From: Paragordius varius
Lineage: Eukaryota > Animalia > Nematomorpha
DNA length: 64,000 bases
Assembly (NCBI GenBank): GCA_964247055.1
Contig: OZ176053.1
Coordinates: 4,898,001-4,962,000 of the forward strand
Direction: 5' to 3'
Notes under the pieces: model-generated
What the model was told of the DNA's origin: nothing
The model's input: only the letters and a program-made list of their open reading frames with translations
Databases searched by the model: none
In this document: positions 36,906 through 50,343 of the stretch, piece after piece
Numbering within the stretch: position 1 is the first letter of the stretch
Layout of the letters: each line of letters opens with the position of its first letter
Translations under genes and position numbers: made by a program

Positions 36906-39900
36906 ATGTCTTCTTTCGTATTTATTGGAGATGATTCCAAAGTCTCCATTTATGATGGGTCAGAATGCGACCAATATATTTTTCATCATCCCGTGCCACC
37001 TCCGAAAAAAGTTAATTTCGTTTTACTTTTTTTTCAATTATTATAACGTATTTTTGAATTAGTTTCTCAGCGTTTAAATTATTTAAAAGTATTTGGTGAT
37101 TTGCCTTACAAATTGATAATATTTATGAATTGTATATAATTGGATCACATAATCGAATCATGATTAAACAATTTTAAAATATCTTTAATAGAAAAATACT
37201 TACTTTTATGTTACAAATGGTTTATCGATTTCAGTTTATACTCTGAATATGGTTTTCTGGTTAGTTTTCTTATGGATTAAAAATTATAATTTTGTTTTTG
37301 AAAAAGGGTATCTAAATAGAAAAGTCAAGTCTGATTTTTTTATAGGTGTTAATGAATTTTTATATTTCCAGTTGATATCGATATATATTTCCAGTTGAAT
37401 CAATATATAATCATAGTTCTATCATTTTATGTTATACAATGAACCATTTATCTATACATAATTTATGATACCAATACTGCACATATATACATTTACGGGT
37501 TCTTTGTTGTTTTAGAAGGTGTAACTTGTTACAGATTACTAATTATATTTGTTTTTTATCATAAAAATAATAATTACACAAATGTATTCTTTTTGTAGGC
37601 CTCTACATATAAACATTTGGACATGTGCATTTGGTAGACTTCCCATTGTTATTCACAATAAAAATATTTTATCGATTTTATCCTTGTTTTATTTATGTTT
37701 GGTTGTTTTAGGCAGCCTGTAAATTCATAATCTATTTTTGTGTAAAAAAATGTTTTAGTAATATTACTTTTATGGCTTTTTTAAATTTTTTTTATATTGT
37801 GTTAAACTTTCTCTCATTCCCCAGGTTTTTTTATTTGAATCTTTGCGCAATGAATCTAAACTCTAAAACTTAAATATAAACCAAACTTACTTAATTATTT
37901 CCGTAGCAAAACAAAAACTATTTCATTTCTTCCAATCTTTATATCTATCTATCATATAATAATGATGCAAACCCATTTATTAGATTGCAACTAGACGCGA
38001 AAACTTTTTCAAACATTCAAATTCCATTACTGGCCACAAAGATACAAATTATAACTACGATATCAAAGGGAAACAACCGCTTGAATTAAATAACACTTCT
38101 GTGCATCATAATCACCAACACACTGGGCGATTACATAGCGTTGAAAGTGGAATTCTCAATACGTTAAATTATATTGCACCAATAACTGCGCCCTTAAAAA
38201 ACGAAAAATCTGAAAATATGCCTATCGTAGCCTCTTCTTACCTTGCTGCTACCACAGGAGCTGGAAAAGATAATAATACCATCACCAACAATAACAATAA
38301 TAATAATAATTGGAAAGGAGGTGTGGGAGTCGGAAGTGTTAAACATAGTAGTGGTCTTTTGTTAAACAATAACCATCATTCAACATCCATCACAAGTAAT
38401 GGTATAAATCCACGAAACATTAATAGCACTAGTAATAATAATAGTGGTAGTTTAACCGGCTCTAACAATATAAGGGATCGATATTCACGAAACAATATTG
38501 TAGCGTCGCATAACAGTGCAAATGCGGAAAATGATCGTGAAAATGAAGACGATTCCACAACCACGGAAATGTTGGGAGGAAGCAACGGCGCTGAAAATGT
38601 CAGATACATTCCGTCCTCCAATAACAATTCAAACACGGGAGTCTCATCTTTTGCTACGGAACTTGCTAACAAAAAACGTCAACTTGGCTTACTAGGCATG
38701 TCAAATGTCATAAGCAACAGCAGTATTAATAATCGCGAAGAATATAATTCGGCTTCTGTATCTCCCACCCCGACACCAAGTGTCCTTTCAGCTTCCATTC
38801 ATTCAGGGAACGGAGGCCACCAATCTTTTACTCAACAACTGGGTCATCACGCCTCTTACAATACCAATAGCAATTCCCATCAACAACAAAATGGATTTCA
38901 CAATGGCCATCATTCTGTCCATATGAATAATAATAATAACAATGATTCGTTACATCACAATGGGAACCCGCCTATAACTGTTGTCGATAAATGCATAGGT
39001 TTTGCCAATCTCCCCAATCAGTTTTATCGCCGAGCCGTAAAGAAGGGTTTCGAATTTTCACTGATGGTTGTAGGTATTAGATTACGATTGTATTTTTCGT
39101 TAAATATTTATATTGTTTAACACTCCAATACCTTTTGGGGTAGTTTTATATCTTGGAGCGATTCGAGATTTCTTAAAAAGGTAAGGTATTTAGCCAAATT
39201 TAAAAATATGCTTTCTTAAGCCTTTTAGGCGCATTATACAAAAATATTTTTTTTAAAAAATGTAAAATTGTAAAAAAATCCTCATCTCGAACTTTTGTCG
39301 CCATTTTTTTCTATGAATTTGTTTAAACCGTTAATGCAACAGACAGTAAATAATTAATTTAAAAAGTTTTCAGGCCACATTTTACCGGCAAAAACTTGAT
39401 ATATTTTTTTATAGTGTGGAAATTACAAAGTTGTAAAAATATAAGCTATTTTTATTTAATACATGAGAAAGATAATTAAATTTTAACTAAAATAATTTAC
39501 GAAACTATGGTTTATTTAAAAAATTGAGCTCTGGGATATAAAATTTTACTCAAAAAGGTGAAAAGGTGATGAAGTGTTAATAATGCCTTGTTTTATCTGT
39601 CTCAAAAGTAAAAATTTAAGTTTTATTAGATTTTAATTAATCATTTGTAATAAATTTTCAAATGGTATTATTACGTTGAAGTTGTTTAAAATACTGTAAG
39701 AATAAATAAGTATTAAATTCATTTATTCAGAGTTTATTTTAATTTTAATTTGTGTAAAGATATATCAAAATGTATTATAATAATAACAGGGTGATTATTA
39801 TGTCTCAAAAACGGGTCTAATATATATAAATTATCAATTTTCATAATATTCACAAACCATTTATAGTACCTAATTATACTTATAATTAAGGTTTTCATTC

Positions 39901-42900
39901 GTTAGTTTGATTTATATTCCTATTTTATGCTGTTTTTACCCATATTTTTTGCAATCAATTGATTTTAGGTGAGGCAGGTTTGGGTAAAAGCACTCTCATA
40001 AATTCTCTCTTTTTAACCGGCATTTATTCTGATGACAATCCGGGCCCATCTCATCGCATTAAAAAGACTGTTGAAGTATTAAACTATTTTATAAAGTTTA
40101 ATTATACTATGTTTACAAAAATTAATTAAAATAAAAAGTATTTAAATATCAAAAAATTTCTGTTTCCTATGTATATATGTTTATTTAAGGTGGAAGCCTC
40201 CAAGCAGGTACTTGTGGAAAACGGAGTTCAACTAACATTAACCATTGTCGATACACCGGGTTTTGGAGACTCAGTCAATAATTCTGAATGGTTAATTTTC
40301 TTTATCCTGTTTTCGATCTTTAACTTAATTGTGTCGTTTGTAAAATCCGTTTTATTCAAAAACTTTAATTATATATATTATTTTCTCTTATTGTTGCAGT
40401 TGGCAAAAAATTCTTAATTACATCGAGAATCAATACGAACAATATTTACGTGAGGAAAGCCGAATTAATCGGAAATCGTTTGAGGATGGTCGAATACATT
40501 GCTGTCTTTATTTCATTGCGCCTTCAGGACATGGGTAGAAGCGAAATAATAGATATATTACAATTATATAATTATGCAAAATGATTTAGGAACGAATGTT
40601 TTTTTATTTTTTTTCCCAGTATAAAGAATTTAACTTAATATAAAGTTAAATTTATGCTAATTTTTGGAATAATTGGATTTCGAAAGATTATTATCATAAA
40701 TTAATTAGTTTTGTTAATATGTTTTTATACAATTTATACAGTATCGGCTAAGATGTTAAAAAAGCGTTTTATTATCGCCTTAAAAAAATTGTTTTTAATT
40801 ATCCGTTAATTTTACATAAAATTCATGGATGTATTTTGTCAATATTGAATTGTAATGTTTTGGATTCCAAAAAAAAGAAAATAGATTTTATAATAACATT
40901 ATATTTTAGCATGTGAATATAATATACAGGCAAATCCAAAAGAAACAGAAATTTTGCTAACATTTTAAATTTGTAATATCTTTCATTAATATTTAGATTG
41001 AAGGAATTGGATATAGAATTTATGAAAAAATTGCATGACAAAGTCAATATATTACCTTTGATTGCGAAAGCAGATACTATGACCACAGAAGAAATTAATC
41101 GATTTAAGCGAAGGGTAAGAAAATTATTTTATGCGCAGCCTTATATTTAAATTGAGTTATAGCTAACTATTAAGATTTTCTAGATTATACCATTTATTTA
41201 ACCGTGATATCTAGGTTCATTTTTAAAAGTAATCAGTAATTAAAACCAATAATATTTTTTTTAATAAAAGATTAAAGGCAAAAGTTTAATATTTATTTAA
41301 AACAAACAAGATTAATATTGATGCCGACTAGTCTCTATATATTTTTAGGATTCGTTCGAATTTTTTTTAATGTATTAAACTTTTTATGTCTAAAATTGTT
41401 CAGAGGTTTGTTACGGCTATATTTATATTACAGGAAAAATTAATGCCTTATTAATGCAGCGCAAAATTATTGATTTTATAGTTGTGATGCAATTATTAGT
41501 ACCAACAAATTGGAAACATCATTGATGATTAATGTTCTCATAATTCTTTATTTTATTTTTGTACTATACCTTATAAATTGGAATTAAATATATTTTTTGT
41601 AGATTCTATCCGAGATCAAACAACACAATATTAACATATACGAATTCCCTGATTTGGATGATGTTGATGAAAATAGAAGGAATAAGGAATTAAAGGTATA
41701 GCATCTTATAACCAGCCAATTAATTATATTATACAATGGTATTAAAAAATATTTTGATAAAAACTTACTAAATAATTATATATTATATTTGTTTTTTAAG
41801 GATAAAGTTCCATTTGCCATTATGGGCAGTAACACAGTATTTGATATAAATGGACGTAAAGTTCGGGGTCGCAAGTATCCGTGGGGACTAGTTGAAGGTT
41901 TAAAACACATTACCTTGTTGCTAATTATTTAATACATAAAATAATATATTATGGGCATGATTTTTAAAGCGAACCATAAACATTTTTGTTAATATCAATG
42001 AAATTATTTATGTTGCTGTTTTTATAGTTGAAAATACCGATCATTGCGATTTTTCAGCCCTGAGAGAAATGTTAATACGACGACACATGCAACATATGAA
42101 AGATGTGACATCCAATGTTCTATATGAGAATTTTAGATGTTACAAATTATCGGGCGGGCATCCGGAAGACGTCTGTGAAATGGAAAAGTATTTAAACCTT
42201 TTTTTGTTTTATCATTTTGTCACATTTTGAAAATATTTGAAATATGATAAAAACAACCATATAATATGAAATACTATATTTTTTTAACAAATAACTAGAA
42301 GAATTTATTATTTTAAAAACCATCGCAAATATAAATTATATTAAAGGTTGTAAACGTTTATTTTTTTAGTGGCAGCTCTTTAACGCAATTATTAGAAGAA
42401 CGAAAAGAGATGGAGGAAAATTTGTTACGAACTGAGCGTGAAATGGAACAAGTATTCAGTGCAAAAGTCAAAGAAAAGGAGGCAAAAATAAAGGATTCTC
42501 AAGCTGAAGTAATTTCCTATTTGTTTTCCGTAAATTCAATGAGTTGATTGTTTGTTAAAGATATTGTAACTATAACTTTCAACTGTTTTAAAAAATAGGT
42601 GCAAAATAATATGGTGTTTTTTGGCTCACATTTTTTAAATAATGAATGGTATAAGAAAATATGTAAATATATATATATATATATACTAGATAAGTAAGCT
42701 TTTTCATTTTTTCTATCGAACCTTGAATTAAAATAATAATTTAATAACATATAACACTATAAATTGCAATAATACATATAGTTGGAAAAACGGTATGAAC
42801 AAATGAAACGAAGTTTAGAGGAACAAGCCCGAGAATTGGACGAACGGAGACGCAATTTCGAAGCTGAAAGACATGCCTGGGAAAATGGATATTCTCTCCC

Positions 42901-43784
42901 TCCCGCAAACGGAGGAACCACAAACACAGATGGTGTTAATCGTAGTGTAAGTTTTGTAACTTTTAATGAACAAGTTGCATCATTTTTTATAGATATAAAT
43001 ATTTGACTGTTAGTTTGCCTAATAATCCTTATGTACGTTTAAAATTTGTAAATGGGTAAAAAACCAGATAATAGGGTTAATTTTTTGGGTTTGGGAAATT
43101 AAATTTGTTAGCTATTTTAGGAAACCTATATAGTAAATCCATATTTCTATGATATTTACTTGCTTATTTTTATTTTTCATATAAGGAATTTGTAAATTCC
43201 AATGGACATAACCCGTCTCACCCACACATGAATGGTGGAGGCAGCACTCATAATCTACATTCAACCAACAATAACGTTAATGGTATGATGAGTTCTAACA
43301 GCACCCTTAACAGTCTTCCTGCAGGACCCGGCTCAGGCGGTAAAAAGAATGGAAACGTTCCGAATCCTGATAATAGAGAGTAATTATTATTGTTATTATT
43401 ATTACGATTGGAAAAATAAAGGTTTTCGGTAAAATAACATATAGTTTTTACAATATCATTCAAATTTTGTTGTTTTAATAAGTGGAGAATTTCCCAAATG
43501 TTTGTAAGTGTGTATATAACCTTTAATTTATTATAGATTAGTATTGACAAATTTATTTTATTTGGATTTTCTTTTTGGTTAACTCCTGATGCCAGGGTCA
43601 ATTTTAATTTAATGAATTTATTTTTTACTGCTTATTCACGAGGTATTTATGAATCTCAATAAACAACCTTAGTCATCGTATATATATTTATGAAAAACCA
43701 AAATTTTTATCTCATTTATTTAACATGCAAAATAGATTTATCGAGGAAAAAGATCGGAAAAAGGAAAAGAAACGATTTTTTTAA
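36906..43784 (+). CDS. SEPT7: Septin-7/Peanut-like septin. Exons: 36906-37010 (tentative), 37984-39073, 39969-40075, 40190-40290, 40400-40534, 40997-41114, 41603-41695, 41801-41897, 42028-42187, 42370-42508, 42782-42946, 43186-43379, 43736-43784
   Basis: All joins are GT-AG and phase-consistent. Motifs: GFANLPNQ, G1 [19 protein letters not shown] (SEPT7 signature), G3 DTPGFGD, G4 [12 protein letters not shown], a coiled coil, and a basic C-terminus KKEKKRFF*. Confidence 0.95.
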
Positions 43785-44205
43785 TCTCGACATATAAAAA
43801 CTTACCCAATCATACAACCTTACTCTTTAAAAAATCTTAACAACAATCCATACTTCCAGATATCAATAATATTATTTATAAACATTTATTCAATTATAAA
43901 CTAATTTATATATATTATAAACTAAATATTTTGACCTTTGTTAATCCTTCATTATAACAGCGCATATAAACATTTAATTTTAACTGTAAAAATCATTAAT
44001 GAAGCATTAGCTTATATATTTATGCATTTATAAATATACTTTAAATAAAATTATATATTTATTGAATTTTTTAAACCATATATCATCGTTCATTTTACTA
44101 ATCTGGCGTCTCTAAATATTTTTGCAGTACACCCACAAGTTGGTTTATATTTTCTCACATTAGAAGTAATAAAGGCCCCCTATCGAATTCGATATTACAG
44201 TCATG

Positions 44206-46529
44206 TAGACTTTATATTGTTAAAGATTTACTTTTTTTCGTTAATTGGGTATTTATATTTGGTAAAGAATATAAAAACAAGAGCTATATGGTATTACCAT
44301 ATCATATTCTTTAAAAAAGTAAAAAAAGTGTGGGGAAGGGCGTTGGAAATCTTTGGTAAAAAATGAAAATCTTAAAACATTGTTATAGGGGAATGGTAAT
44401 ATTTTTATTAATCTTTTAGCAAAATTTATATGTTGATTTTTTTAAAAATTTATTTCGCAGTACACATATGAAAGAGGATTGACGTGAGAATTAACATAAT
44501 TAATTTGATGAATATTTGTATGTTAAATTTTGAGAATATTATAGCAATTTATGTTAACATTTAAAATATTGTTGTTACGTATTTAGATGCGGAATTTTGT
44601 GGGTATTTATTCTTAATAATTTAATATATAGTAAAATGGGTATTTTAATATTATTTATGATTCATAATTAAATTCAATAAGTACTATTTTTCAACATGAT
44701 AAATACCTGTATTAATCAAAATTGGTATTATTATTAGTTGTTATTAGTAATTAAAATACAGGTTATATATTTGTGAAAATTTAATTAGATTATAGATTGG
44801 TTTTGTTTTTATGTTTTTCATGATTAATTTTTATGTGTTTACATTTTAAACAGGTAAAAATTGCGGTTTTTAAATTTAGTCAAATTTAATTTTTTTTGTT
44901 TTTTAGGATTTGCATTGTTGTAATTAATTACTACATATTGGAAAATTTAAAATACAGGTAAAAATGGCGGTTAATTTCAAATTTATTTTTTTTTCATTGG
45001 TAATTGTAATTAATTACATATTGTGGACATTTTAATAACTACAGGTAAAAATTGCAGTTTTTAAAAAATTTGTAAAAGTTTATTTTTTTTGTTTTTTTTA
45101 ACATTGTTAATTGTAATTAAATACTACATATTTGGAAATTTAAAAAAACACAGGTAAAAATGGCGGTTTACAAATTTCAAATTTAATTTTTTTTGTATCA
45201 TTGTTATTTGTTATTAATTAATAAATATTTAGGACATTTAAAAAACATGCGAAAATTGCGGTTTTTATTAAAATTTAAATTTTTAATGTTTTGTTCAACC
45301 TTGCTAATTTATTCAAATGATAGTAATTTTTACCTGTATATATCAATGTATCAAAATAGTAATTAATAAATTTTACTAATTTATTAAAAACGGCAATTTT
45401 CACCTGTTTATTAAATGTCCAAAATATTTATTAATTAAAAACAAATATCAATGATACAAAAGATGTTAAATTTTAAAAACTGGCATTTTCACCTGTATTT
45501 ATTAAAATGTTCAAATTAATTACAATTAACAATGATACAAAATAAAAAAAAATTTGAAATTTGTTATAAACCGCAATTTTACCTGTATTTATTAAAATGA
45601 CTAAATAAATTAATTACAAATAACAATGCAAATCCTAAAAAACAAAAACTCAATTTTTATTAAATTTATTAAAAACTGCAATTTTTACCTGTAGTTATTA
45701 AAATGTCCACAATATGTAATTAATTACAATTACCAATGAAAAAAAATAAATTTGAAATTAACCGCCATTTTTACCTGTATTTTAAAATTTCCAATATGTA
45801 GTAATTAATTACAACAATGCAAATCCTAAAAAACAAAAAAAATTAAATTTGACTAAATTTAAAAACCGCAATTTTTACCTGATTAAAATGTAAACACATA
45901 AAAATTAACCATGAAAAACATAAAAACAAAACCAATCTATAATCTAATTAAATTTTCACAAATATATAACCTGTATTTTAATTACTAATAACAACTATTT
46001 AAAATAATAATACCAATTTTGATTAATACAGGTATTTATCATGTTGAAAAATAGTAATTATTGAATTTAATTCATAAATAATATTAAAATACCCATTTTA
46101 CTATTTATTAAATTATTAAGAATAAAAACCCACAAAATTCCTCATCTAAATACGTAACAACAATATTTTAAATGTTAACATAAATTGCTGTAATATTCTC
46201 AAAATTTAACATACAAAATATTCATCAAATTAATTATGTTAATTCTCACGTCAATCCTCTTTCATATGTGCATTGCGAAATAAATTTTTTAAAAAAATCA
46301 ACATATAAATTTTGCTAAAAGATTAACAAAAATATTACCATTCCCCTATAACAATATTTTAAGATTTTCATTTTTTACTAAAGATTTCCAACGCCCTTCC
46401 CCCACACTTCTTTTACTTTTTTAAGGAATATGATATGGTAATACCATATAACTCTTGTTTTTATATTCTTTACCAAATATTAATACCCAATTAACGAAAA
46501 AAAGTAAATCTTTAACAATATAAAGTCTA
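44206..46529. mobile_element. Foldback-type element (long inverted arms with internal tandem arrays, no ORF)
   Basis: 44206 to about 45065 is the reverse complement of about 45670-46529, with scattered substitutions. Internal 95-110-bp units carry CAGGTAAAAA(T/-)TG(C/G)CGGTT. Ends are TAGAC...GTCTA. Confidence 0.92.
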
Positions 46530-47160
46530 TTGGTTGTTCCCAGGGTTGATAAGTCGTAAACGACTTTTTGGTTATAGTGTGCACTGTTAATTTCCACTAT
46601 TTCTATCTTTTATCGCTATATTCAAATCTTTCAATGTCATCGTTGTTGGCTCTTTTATGATGTCTAAACACATATTCGGTGATCAGCCTCGTTTTCTTTG
46701 CCCTTCTACCTTTTCAAATATTAGGCCTTTCTCTAAAGAATTAGACCACATAGCATCACCAAAATATCTTACCATTCTGTTATAAATTATCCTAAATATT
46801 TGTTTTATGATTTCTGGGGTATTTAGCTTTTTATTATTTGTTTTCCATGTATATACCAGAATCCCAAGTCAACAACTCCTTTCAAAAAACATTTATTTGT
46901 GTTTTTTTAAAGATTCCAGCTCCCCTTATATATGGTGACCGGAAGGACAAGACAATCGTAGCCTTGTTTTGATTTGAACTCCTACACCTATGTTTTCCAT
47001 ATCTTTATTAGATTGGTTATCGCCTCCGTAGCCAATCTTATACTTTGCTAGATGTTGAAAATCCATTCTTAGAGCACCCAAAACTGTTGGTTGATTGACA
47101 TCTTCTATTTTCTCATTCCGGGTTATATCATTTTAGAAGAATTATTTTAACATGATTTCT
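46530..47160 (-). mobile_element. RTE-clade (BovB-like) LINE 3' fragment, decayed
   Basis: Minus-strand frames: CLVLPVTIY, then EKVEGQRKRG..N.CLDIIKE..TMTLKDLNIAIKDRNSW....TI.KSRLRL, matching the RTE C-terminus (GRRRRGRQ..RWLD.I...DR..WR..VH.V.KSRTRL). Ends in an AACAACCAA tail. Confidence 0.8.
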
Positions 47161-50100
47161 TAATGCAACAAAAATAGGTGTATCACGATGGAGGATTAAG
47201 GGCCATATAAAATTTTCAATTATGTATCCCACAAAATTAGTTATTTTATCGATAGATTTGGTAAAAAAATAAATAAAATGAAAAATATTATTCAATATTG
47301 TTATATGTTAAAAATTTATTTTTATGGTTTTTTAATAATGATCTAAAGCCTCACATTTCTCGTGGTGCTTTTAGTTTTGGGACGTACGAGTCATTCATGG
47401 AAGATGGTAATTGGTCATGAACAAATGCAAATTCAATACACATTCGGGTGTTTTAAACAAAAGACCATCAGAAAATATATTTATTCCCTTTCGTGATCTT
47501 TTTTAAGAGCGATTTATTTTACAATATCTTCATTTATGATATTGGGCGAGTATTAATAGATTATATGGCTTAGGTGTTCAATTAATGAAAATATAAATAT
47601 AAAATGTGAACCTCTTCTCAAACTTTTTGTCACCATTTTTTTATTTTACTTTAATCTAAAATGGCAGATAACACATAATAATTTAATATAAATGTTTTTA
47701 CGGAAAATATTCGGTAATCAATGGTTATAAGAAATTGCTTTTAAATGGTTTTAGGAGATATCAAATTTTAGAATGGGGTAAAAAACGGTTTAAAATAAGT
47801 TCAAATATAAATATAATGTTGGATAATTAGATTGCCAAGTTTTTTAATTTCAATATATTGTGAACTCAAGTTTTTGGGAAATCTTACTTTTTATTATTTT
47901 TATAAATTAAAAGGTAAGGAAATATTAAGAGAGCCATTTTGTATATTTTAATATTTTTATTAAGAGTTACCAGCTGATATTTAACACCCATTGAAAGTTA
48001 ATGTTCTTAAAATACAAAAACGGGATTAAGCAAAAATAAAATATTTTAGATTGAGAAGACTTTTATAGGTAATAAAAACAGTTCTACTTCGATCCTCAGA
48101 ACTTCAACGCTTTATTACTTGTTTATTTATTCCTAGACGATTACCATTTGGGATAGTTTTGCACTCCATAAATAAAATTTCTACCTACTGTTTTATCACT
48201 TGGATATAACACATTTATTTCAGTCCTCCATGAATTGGGATCGTACCCCAGTATCGAAAATAAATAATTCGAAAAATATGGAATAAATTGATATGATTAA
48301 AGTTTGTACTTATATAACATTTATGAACCAAAATATAAAAAACATGGTTCAAAAATTCTTGATATCACTTATTTCAAGTAAAACCAAACGGAAAAATTTA
48401 GTCAACATGACGTGTAAATTAGCTAAATTTTAAAATTATACAAAAAGACCACTTTTTTGTTTATATCAATATTAGATGAGATTTAAATAAAAATTTTGAT
48501 TTAAGTTTTAAAATTAAATAAACACGATATTTTGCAAAAATGGCGTTATAGAATTTTTATTTTCAAAACTAAATTTTATATCTGCTTATATATAGTCTGT
48601 GCTATTTAGACGCCCTAATTTGAATTGAAATGTTAATTATTATCTTGAATAAAATTTTATTAAACATTATTGACCTGTCAAAAATATTTTTTACTCACTA
48701 ACTTTTATTGGGATAGCTCCAACATTAACACTTGGATACAACATATTCAATATTATCCTCCGATATAAATTGGGTCTTTCGGAATAGGTCTGGTTAAAAT
48801 TAAATATCTTATATTACGGAAAAAATTGAAACAATGAAAAAGTTTTCACTTATATTACATCGATGCACTGAAATATAAAAAAGATTTATTTAAAACTAGT
48901 ACGTATGAATAAACTTCATAAAATTTTAGTCATATGACATGTCTGCATTAGCTAAATGTTGATAAATCAATTTTAGCGTTATATAAATACGATATTTTGC
49001 AAAATATTTTAAATTAATGGCATCAAAATAGTTTGATATAAAACTTTTTTTAAACCTAAATTTTATTTAGATATTTTGGCTTATTTATATAATTTTAATT
49101 AGGATAGAAGTATTATATTGAAACCATTTCTTTCAGTATTAAGTTTAGTAAGGTCACTCAATGTCATAATTTGGTGTTGAAACAAACACTTATAAAATCA
49201 ATGCTTTTTTAGTTAAACAATTTAATAAAATCCAAAGAAGAAAATGGAGTAAAAAATTTTTAATATACCTTTAAAATATACGAATTTTTAATCGCTTTGC
49301 TCAAAAACTAATAAAATGATATTAAACCTTTTTCTTATATGCACATTGTATTTTAAAAATTATTATAATTAAAAGACTAAACAAATCCTCCTCAATATGT
49401 GGATAGAGATCTTTAGCGAAATCTAACTATCTTTTTTAATCTAAATTTTATATATGTCCAAATACCCTTTATACATTACATTTTTGTTATTTATACAAAA
49501 TGACAGTTTGGGCTCGTTTTCTAATCTTGATCCTTAAGTCGTAAGCAAACTACTCTTTTGAAAGTTGTTTTAATTATTTAAATAAATCCTCTTCTCCTGC
49601 ATTAAATAATAAAAACATATCATTACATTTAAATTTTATAGTCCCGAACTCGGATAATTTTAAATACGATTGAAACAAACAAAATATCAAATATTTCCTG
49701 CTCGCGAAATCTTTATAAATTTACTTGATCATATGATTTTTTATCACCTCTTTATCAAGTTTTCGTGCTTGATTTAAGTCGTGTAATAAATTTTCACATG
49801 AAAGCAAGACATGACTTGAAAAACTTGCAAGTCAAGTCAAAAAAATTTTTTTATCACCCGACCCATTATTTAAAAGCCTTCCACAGTTAGTTATTTATAT
49901 TTTTACATTAAATTTTTGCATGTCGTATTAGTGATTTAAAAATTAAAAGAATCCGGCAAAAAGCGGTGAAGATTTTTTTACGGTTTTGCAATTTGAAAAA
50001 ATTTTTTGAATCATGTCAATAAAGAAAGCATACTATTTTGACCCAATACTAAAAATATATTTTAACTAAAATTAATGTCTATGGGGTATAAAGCTATCCC

Positions 50101-50343
50101 AAATTCCCCCATTTTGATTTTTAATTTAAATACACATTATATCCAAAATTTAATTTTAATCAATCACCTTTAAAGAAAAAAACTATTATTGAATACAAAG
50201 TATCTGGGAAATCCGTTTAAAAATTTAAGAATTAGAGTTTTCTACCTGTTTACATTTATTCAATGATTCCTATTTACTCATATTTATCATCAGTCATTTG
50301 GATATTTTTATGTCATTGTAACATATGAACCGGCAATTTAAAT

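Noticed and set aside
38376-38672. Antisense ORFs over the septin, the HSF-like gene (61766-62134), the 25.6-kb exon (25555-25791) and 43248-43601
   Set aside because: Shadow frames opposite real exons, with no independent motifs or splice support.
46370-46390. TTTTACTAAAGATTTCC, similar to U5 snRNA loop 1
   Set aside because: Part of the foldback arm; no U5 stem or Sm site.
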